Shown: piece by piece, positions 10,115-18,100 of the stretch | Layout of the letters: every line of letters begins with the position of its first letter | Numbering within the stretch: position 1 is the stretch's first letter | DNA from: Leidyana gryllorum EB-2025a | Taxonomy: Eukaryota; Protista; Apicomplexa | Length of the DNA: 20,577 bases | Direction of reading: 5' to 3' | NCBI GenBank assembly: GCA_048772705.1 | Contig: JBLWGC010000106.1 | Location: 1 to 20,577 of the forward strand | Position numbers and translations under genes: made by a program | The notes under the pieces: model-generated | Seen by the model: only the letters and a program-made list of their open reading frames with translations | Told to the model about the DNA's origin: nothing | Databases searched by the model: none

Positions 10115-12567
10115 CTAAGAAAGCTGAGCTTGCTCAAGAACTCTCAATGCTTCATCAATCTTGGCCTTGAGCTCCGTCTCGGACTGAATGAGCATCAGAA
10201 GTTCGTGCTCATCCATATCGAGCATCATGCCAGTGATCTTTCCAGCCAATTGTGGCTGGTGTTTGGAAACCAGGGGGAACAGACGCTCGCCAAGCACCTG
10301 CTTATGGACGTTGCTCTGCTGCTGGGTGGCAGCGGTTGTCGCAGGCGGAACTCCCCGCATGGGCTGCGGGTGTCCGAGTTCTGGTCTCAACATCTGTCGA
10401 GGGGCCTGCTGTTGTTGAGCTCGATAAGGAGCTTGGCCGGCTTGAGGGAACATCATGTGAGGGGGTACAGGACCAGCATGACCCATTGGCGGCATCACAT
10501 TGGGACCTCCGAACATCGGGGGAGTAGTCTTCCACATAATGTTGGCAGGCGGCTGAGGGAAAGCTGGGTTGGGCCCCCAGACGAGGGAACCGCCGTGCTG
10601 GGGAGCGGGAGGGGGCATCATGCCGGCCCCTTGGAAGAACATATTGTTACCCGTTTGACCATGACCGCTATAGGGGATGGTATTCTGGGCGGGGTTGGGC
10701 CGGGCACCGCCTCGGAAGTGGTTTTGGAGTCTAGCGTGGCGACGCTCTTTCTGCTCCGCCAAACCGACGTACAGAGGCTTGGAGTCGTGCACCTTCAAGT
10801 GCATTTCCGAGATGGCCTTAGTGGCTTCCTCGGCCGTAGTGAAGCACACGAATCCAAAGCCCTTTGAGTGCTGGTCTTCGTCCTTCATCACTTTGACAGA
10901 TGTGATGGTACCGAACTTTTCGAACATTTGACGCAGCTCCGCGTCATCCACCTGGAGAGGGCGAAATCAATGCAATTCAGCGCAACGAGTACATAGTGAC
11001 AGCAGCAGCACCAGCAGCAGCAAGAATAATAGTATCAGAACATCATCCATCAAGCACAACCTTTAGCTGTGGTAAGCCCAAGGAACCAACAGTGGACACC
11101 CAGAGGCACACCTTTAGCGATCTTCTGGTACACCCAGCCAAGCAGTACACATACCATGGCAGTTTTGTGTATACTCTCAGCTAGGCACACCTTGGAGGCT
11201 TCCGGCAGCCGCCACGAATACGACGATGCAAGGACGTATGAGTCGATGTACTTACGTTGTCAGCGAGGTTCTTGATGTAGAGATTAACACCCTCGAATTT
11301 CTGACGGTACTGTTGCTGACGGTTGTCGAACTTATTCTTAATGTTGAAGCCCCTCTCGGCTTTGTCCTGGGCGCGGTCAACAAAGAGCGTGAAGACCTCT
11401 TGATTAGCCGTCCCGTTCTCGGCAGTGTCAGTCCTCTTGCTGGTCTCCTCTTCATTGTTGTCAGTGGCGGCATCTGCGCTTGCAGTGCTTTCGTCGACAA
11501 GACCTTCGGCATTAACCTTGCGGCCATTGAGAGTTTGCACAGCCTGTTTGGCGTGGGCTCCATCCTGATAGTTGATGCACGCAAATGGGCGACCTTGCTT
11601 GTCACAACTCTTCCACAGCGAAGTAATTTCGCCATAAGTGCCAAACATTTTCTTCAAGGTGTCTTCAGTCCACGACTTGGGGAAGGAACGGACGTAGATA
11701 TTTGTGAAGTGTTCGGGTTTGCCGCTGGGTCTCTCGTTCCTCTTGTGGAAGGGACCGACAAATACCTCCTTCGAGCCAATCTTCATGCCGTTAACGCGTT
11801 CAATGGCGCTGGCCGCTGCATCGTCACTCTCGAAGTGAACAAAGCCGTAACCCTTTGACTTCCCATTCTCGTCTGTCACAACCTGTTTTTGACGCCAGTC
11901 AACATTTTACCACAATCACTATCGCCTCAACTGTACCTTGCAAGAAAGGATGTTTCCGAATAAGGAGAAGGTGTCGTGAAGCGCCCGGTTGTCCACAGTC
12001 TTGTCAAGGTTCTTCACGAAGAGGTTCCCAGCACCGTTCTTCCGGACTGTTGGATCCCTCTGCGACCACATTATGCGGCACGGGCGGTTCTTGATCGTAG
12101 TGAAATTCAAAGTGTCCAAAGCGCGTTCGGCTGCCAGAAACAAAATGTCAATTCAACTCAGCGACAGGGGGGGGAAAGGGGGCAGAGAGGGGGGCAGGGA
12201 CGGGCTACGGGTCCGCGGAAGAGAAGAGGGCCGGGATGTGGTCGGAGGGGGAGGGGATAAGCCAGAGAGGGGGGGGAGCCTGCGGCCCAGAGCACTAAAG
12301 ACTTGACTCTTTTTCGACCGGCGGGCAGGGAGGGGGACGGCTAGAGATCAGTTCTAGCTGAAAGATCCACTTACCATCAGTGATGTTGTGATAGTTCACG
12401 TAGGCATAGCCCAGGGAGCGTCTAGTGCTCGAGTCCCGACACACACGGATGGAAGCCACAGGGCCCACAGAGTTGAAGAACTCATAGAGGGTCGTCTCGG
12501 CAACGTCGGGACTTAAATCGCCAACGTAAAGGCTTGTGGAAGCGTATTGCGGTCGAGGGACGGACAT
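10115..12567 (-). CDS. PABP: Cytoplasmic poly(A)-binding protein (4 RRM + MLLE/PABC); exons 12567-12375, 12130-11937, 11882-11256, 10951-10115; about 616 aa
   Basis: SLYVGDL...[47 protein letters not shown] and the MLLE motif KQVLGERLF...[15 protein letters not shown] introns of 244, 54 and 304 nt restore the junctions ITD-AERALD, SCK-VVTDE and LADN-VDD. Confidence 0.97.
12167..12277 (+). other. G-run-rich tract (G-quadruplex-compatible on the + strand; C-rich in the pre-mRNA) in PABP intron 1
   Basis: GGGGGGGG-AAA-GGGGG-CAGAGA-GGGGGG-CA-GGG-AC-GGG-CTAC-GGG at 12167-12211, with more G runs to about 12277. Confidence 0.6.
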
Positions 12568-12697
12568 CTTGGAGGCACGAAAAACGGGACGTGGTGGCGG
12601 TGACGGGCTCGGTTCGCAATAGCGCCAAACGACTTCGCCCAAAAATTTCTGTCTATCGGCGCAGGGAGTCCCACGAAAAAATTTTAACTACTTTCCG

Positions 12698-14149
12698 TCA
12701 GAACTTCCATCTGTTCCCACAGTTCAGACAATTAACGTACCTAAAATAAATAACCAGACCTGTAATCCAAACAAATAGTGGTAACTCACGTAGTCATCGG
12801 CTCGTCAGAAGACCGAGTTTGCATCTGGAAGTAGGTAGTGTTCTCCGACTTGCACTTGCCACAGGGGAATTGCCCCTTTGCACGTTTCACGTTTCGAAGA
12901 TCCCAGTCAGATTGGCACGCCTCCAACGCCTCCTGAAACAACAGCCGACATTAGTGACGAGAAACCGACGATAGCGAGTGCGGACGCGGTAACAAAGAGA
13001 CGAAGACGGAGACACGTCCACCCGCCCGCCCGCACGCTCCGACCACAGATTCAAGAATATTGCCCACCTTCTTGGCTTTCTGCCTCTCGCGTTTCTTAGC
13101 GTCAGAAGCCATCTCAACCGACGGCATGGCGGCCAAATACTCGGGGGTGATGGCCCCCAGATAGATCCTGGCATTGAACTCGGGATTACGCCGGTCGCTC
13201 AAATTGGCCCTATAGAAATCGTCCGTTCCCCACGTCTCCACAGCTCTAAACTCACTTAATGGACCGCAGTTGAGCGGTGTATTCGCGCTGGTCGGAATTC
13301 TTCTCCACGTGGTGCTCATGTAAAGCCTCCTCAATGTCACCCACCAATCGACACACATTGTCCGCACTTAACATGGCTCTTTGCTCCTCGCCCATGCCAT
13401 CGAGGAAAGCCTTGAACAAGAACTCACGGCACTGCAAGATACAACGATTGGATAACTTGCCCAGGCGAACGACACGACGAAGAGGTAATACATAGTCAAT
13501 CAGTCGGGCAGTCACTCAGCCAGCGAGCCACTCTTTCAGACCAAATAGTCCAAGACGGCCCCATTGTGGATAACCATTACGCGTATCGAGAGCTCATTGT
13601 GTCAGGATACAACACGGCTCAGCCAGCGACTCGCCGATGCAGGGGGGACGCACCTTGTTGCGCTTCTCGTCACGAGTGAAGGGCCCAGTGTACTTGGAGT
13701 CAGCTTGGAGTGGAGCGGTATCAGCGAACGCTTCTTCATGGCCTCGCTTCCTGGACTTAGGGGCGGCCGCCTCATTACCACCCGGCTCCGGTGAGCCACC
13801 AGCACTCGTCGTATCTGTTGCAGATTGCTTATTGCTCACAGCGGCCTTCCATTTATCTACAAGTCGCTTGCTGCGTTCCGCAACGGTGGAATCAGTGTGT
13901 TTCTTGAGCTTGCTGACACTAAGGCCCAACTGTTCAGCAATATATTTATAATACAGATGGTGAGAGCGAGAGCGCTACCTTTGTCTTTGCAAGGAGGGCG
14001 CGGTCAATTTCTGCATTCTCGGCTGTCTGTAGAGCCTCCAACAGCTCCTCAGCTGTACTTTCCGGATTCTCCAGAATGGGTTTGAGCGCTGCTAGTTCAT
14101 CAGCTGAGAATTGTCTTTTGGACGGCTCCTCTCCTCCATCTAACGACAT
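12698..14149 (-). CDS. TFIIS: Transcription elongation factor TFIIS; exons 14149-13979, 13929-13654, 13431-13256, 13209-13068, 12932-12790, 12740-12698; about 316 aa
   Basis: Domain I ([13 protein letters not shown]...LVDKWK), domain II (RNKCREFL; [16 protein letters not shown]; EMASD) and zinc ribbon [35 protein letters not shown]. Five GT-AG introns (49, 222, 46, 135, 49 nt) keep the frame. Confidence 0.96.
13515..13629. repeat. 12-bp direct repeat CTCAGCCAGCGA flanking 91 bp within TFIIS intron 2
   Basis: Exact copies at 13515-13526 and 13618-13629. Confidence 0.8.
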
Positions 14150-14364
14150 ACCCTTTAACTACTTGAAAAACGGAACTCCTTTTTTGAGGTGAGCTGCCTC
14201 AAACCATACCTGAGAACTCTGCAGAACCCAACTTGTTGCACTTCTGACGCTCTTGGGCACCCAACTCACGGTCTAACTGATCAAATTAGACCCGTGTGTG
14301 TGTGCCCGTAGTCGCACACGCGTGCTAGGAGCATTTCAAAAACCTTACAGTACTTCTTAGGAAA

Positions 14365-15157
14365 ATGGCACGCGGGGCAGTAAAGCACGAACCACAGGTG
14401 GCCGACCCACGTATATATCTGGACCCATTGCCAAGGCTGTATGTTTACGACCACTGTCCCTATTGCATCAAGCCTCGGATGATCCTCGGCCTGAAACAGA
14501 TCAAGTATGACTTGATATTCTTCGCCAACGATGACTTTGAGGGTCCAATTAACTTGATTGGGAAGAAAGCAGTCCCAATCCTGGAAACCAGCCACACTGG
14601 GAAGCGGGTGGTGATGCCTGAGTCAATGGACATTGTACACCACGTAGACAACAGTTTGGACTTCGATGCTGGGGGACCGATTGTGAAGCCCAGTACCAAG
14701 CCGGAGGTGAAGAGTAGGATCGCAGAGTTGATTGGCAACCAGGACATGAAACTGTGTGTAACTCTTCGGACTCCGAGGCTCTCGACTCTGCCTGAATTCC
14801 ATTCTAAATACGCTCGGGAGACCTATGTGGCCCGCCACCCGCTCAAGGACGGGCGAACATTCGACGAGGCGTGGAAGGACGACGGAGAGGTGAGAGCGAC
14901 GGGGGGTTTTCAATCAATTAGGGCTTCAGAGATTGGACAGGTTGAGGGAAACGATACCAAAAGCAGTGGAGGAGGTTTTGGTTGGACCATATGCGGAAGG
15001 AGAGGAGCTGACCGAAACGGACTTCATGTTGTTTCCGTGGCTGAGAAACATGAGTTGCATTAAGGGTTTCCCGTTTGGGCCCAAAGCTTTGGAGTACATG
15101 AAATTGCTGTCGGAGAAATGTGATATTCCACTCTATTCAGAAATTGCTCAGTGCTAG
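14365..15157 (+). CDS. grxB: Glutaredoxin 2 (GrxB family, GST-like fold); exons 14365-14889 and 14930-15157; about 250 aa
   Basis: LYVYDHCPYCIKPRMILGLK, NDD..PINLIGKKAVPIL, MPESMDIVHHVD and TDFMLFPWLRNM closely follow E. coli Grx2 motifs recalled from memory (LYIYDHCPYC; MPESMDIVHYVD; DIQLFPLLRNL). A 40-nt GTGAGA..TTCAG intron at 14890-14929 joins the two ORFs in frame. Confidence 0.93.
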
Positions 15158-15160
15158 AAA

Positions 15161-15198
15161 ATGGAACTATGACGGGGGGTTTTGAGAAGTTTGAGTAG
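15161..15198 (+). other. Two overlapping micro-ORFs (MEL*, 15161-15172; MTGGFEKFE*, 15169-15198) immediately upstream of the kinase ATG
   Basis: Read directly from the sequence. Whether they are transcribed or translated is unknown. Confidence 0.4.
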
Positions 15199-18100
15199 AT
15201 GTGGTATCAGTGGCTGTTATGGGGGCTTTGTGCCGCTCTCGACTACTCCCTGGACTCCCCCTTGGACCGGAAGGCGCGTATTGCGGCGGACGTTGCGGCA
15301 GTGGTTAGTCCGCTTTCTCATACTCTTTTGGTCGAAGATGTGACCGGCACCGTATTTCGGCTCGATTGGTTGGAGGAGAAGTTCGTCTGGGCCGCGAAAC
15401 TTGGCACCGCACATAGCAATGTCACAGCAGAAGGAGGCCCTCCCGGCACTTTCATCTTCCCCGAAGACCCATCTGAGGAACCGGCTCTGCTGGAGTTTGT
15501 CGATTTCTGCCAGCCAACTGACGAATCCCCCATCCATATTGATCTCGATAGCACACTCGCAACCGCCCGCCTCCTCCCCACCGTTGCCGGCCAACTCTTC
15601 TTCCTCGACCACACTGGCGAAATGGTGAACTTGGGCCTCACGGCTAATGAAGTCCTCAGCCAAGCCCCATTCAAAACGCCCCTCTTTCCAGGCGTCTTCC
15701 TCACCGGAACGTCCGAACGGAAAGTCGAGACACTGGCCTTAGCTGACGGATCAGTCGCGTCCTGTGACCCCGCATCCAACGACCCTCATATCGAAATTGC
15801 CCGCCACCATTATACACTCAAGGCCACGGATACAACCACTCACGAAGAACGGTGGCGCCTTCGCCTCACACAAACCGCTCCAGTGACGGAATCCCGGCCC
15901 CCACTCATGGCGGACCTCCTCGAAGTCGGCACCGAAGACCCCCACGACCCCCTTTGTGACTTTCCAAGCGACGATCGTCTCGGCAGCTCCAATCTGGACC
16001 TCAAAGTATGGAACCTCGCCGAAGAAGGTGCCCGCCGAGACTGTTTCGAGCGCAGAACTGAAGCAGCACTCGCCGCAGGAGTTTCCGTTGAAGGCAACAC
16101 GCTCACAATCGATGTTTGTGCGATCCACCAATCTCTAAATCTGCCAGGAGCAGCACCAGCTTGTTCGGACCCGCGCCTTCGACAACACCTCCTCAGTTAC
16201 TACACTTTCCCATCACCCGTTCTTCACGTCTTCCCACTGCGGACTCTCTCTGCATCTCTCACACCTGGACCTCCCCCTCGGGACATCATTTCTCTGGGAC
16301 CACCACTACCCGATAACAAGGTACGTAACCATTGCTTACCACCTACTCGGTCCGTGCGAGCCAACACGTCCCCCCTATAGGGGCTGATTGGCCCCTGTAA
16401 CTCACACGTGTGCATTGCATATGTCGTGTCTCGCGTGTGCCACACAAGGCACCGAGCGGAAATGGCAAGTTGGAAAGAAATGTTGACCATTCACCCACGG
16501 CTCGTCTTTTGTGTCCCTTGATAGTGCGGTCGATGTTGATCGGACTCTGTGCTTCTTTCGGTCACGGCCCCTTTCCTGCTTGCAGAATCTCTTATCGCTA
16601 GACGCTTTGGTGCCTAAGCAGCTTCGAGAGCCGTTGCGTGACCACATCCGAGGGTGTGCTGCTCGTTTAGCGCTCAAGACCACGCAAGCTAGCTCCGGCG
16701 TAGAACTGGGTTCGGGACCGCCTAGAGGCTCGCCCAGTGGAGAGGTATCGGCAACAGGGCCGGTAGTAGTTACCGCGAACGAGCAGAAGAAGAGGCTGAT
16801 AAAGGCGTTGATGTTACCCCCAGGAGCATCTGCAGGTTCGGGCACCAATGTGCGTAGTTTGAGCGAGTCGGAGCATTTAGCTCAACTGGAAGCGTATGGT
16901 TACGAGTCTGCACGATTGCCTGGACGGGCTACGCTGCTGGCGCCCGCCGCAGCGGCGGTAGAGAAGAGTCCGCTGTCCGGGAATGGAAATAACTACATGT
17001 TCCCCCACCACCCGCAGGTATTTCCGATGGGAGGGGCGTCGGCTTCTCCGTCCTCCGAGTTCTCTTCCATCTTGCAATCCCAGGTAGTGTCAGTGGAGGT
17101 GACTGATGGGGGTTCAAACGCACCCCCATCGGCAAGGACGGTACACTTATCCGTGAATCTAACCGGAAGCAACTTTGCGTTGGGTTTGCGCTTGTCATTC
17201 GCATCGACAGCATTGGTCGTGGGCGTATCACTGGCGTTGGTGGGCGTTGGATGGTACGCACACAGTTCAATCGGACGGCTGCGACGCCCCCCAAGTCCAA
17301 AAGTGACGATCACCACTACGCCTCCAATAGTCCGACCACTTCGGCTGGTCAAGTCAATGTCATTCGACGTGGGTGCTGGCAGTATGCAGTGGGGTCGGGC
17401 CTCCCGATCGAGTTCCGTCTCAGCTCCGTCCCAGCTATACGTTCCGTTATCTACCGATTGTTCGCAAAACTCCGACACCGAACGACCGCTGACGTCGCCA
17501 CGGAATAGGACAAGACGGTCCCACAAGCCAGCCGGCGCCGTATCGCTCCTCGAAACAAAGAAGGAACAGGAAGAGTTCGAGCCACCGCCTCCACTCGCTG
17601 AGAGTAAACGGCGGGGGTCCAAAAATACAGAAGCTTCAACTGCCGCTTGTACAGCTGCCGCTGAGGCCGGCTCCAGGAGGGGTTCAGGTTCCTCTGAGAA
17701 GGAGGAACCGAGTGGTGGACCGCCTCCTTTACCCGAGTCAATGGTTCCCAAGGGGTCTGCATTGGCTCGGTTCGTCGACAATGGAAGGTTTTCTCGTACG
17801 TTTGGCGACTGTCAGTTGCGGGGCCGAGGAGGCTTCGGCGCTGTTTACCGCGTTCGCCACCGACTCGAACCTGACAACACTGTTTACGCAGTCAAGATGA
17901 TTGAACTCTCTGTTCGAGCTGATGACGCAGTCATCGTCCAGAAACGCAGCTTCCGAGAGGTAGCTGCCAATAAAGACTTGCTAAGCAAGTATGTGGTCCG
18001 CTACTTTACGTGGTGGTGTGAGGAACCCCAATTCCTGCCAAAAGATCACTCCGCGCAGGTAGCACCTCGACCGCCGCGCTCACCACTCATTGCCGCTGCC

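Noticed and set aside
13527-13617. Canonical C/D box snoRNA in TFIIS intron 2
   Set aside because: CUGA and a terminal stem are present, but there is no RUGAUGA C box and I could not identify an rRNA-complementary guide.
14890-14940. Frameshift or pseudogene interpretation of split GrxB (and of other split ORFs)
   Set aside because: Each break is explained by a GT-AG intron that restores conserved motifs.
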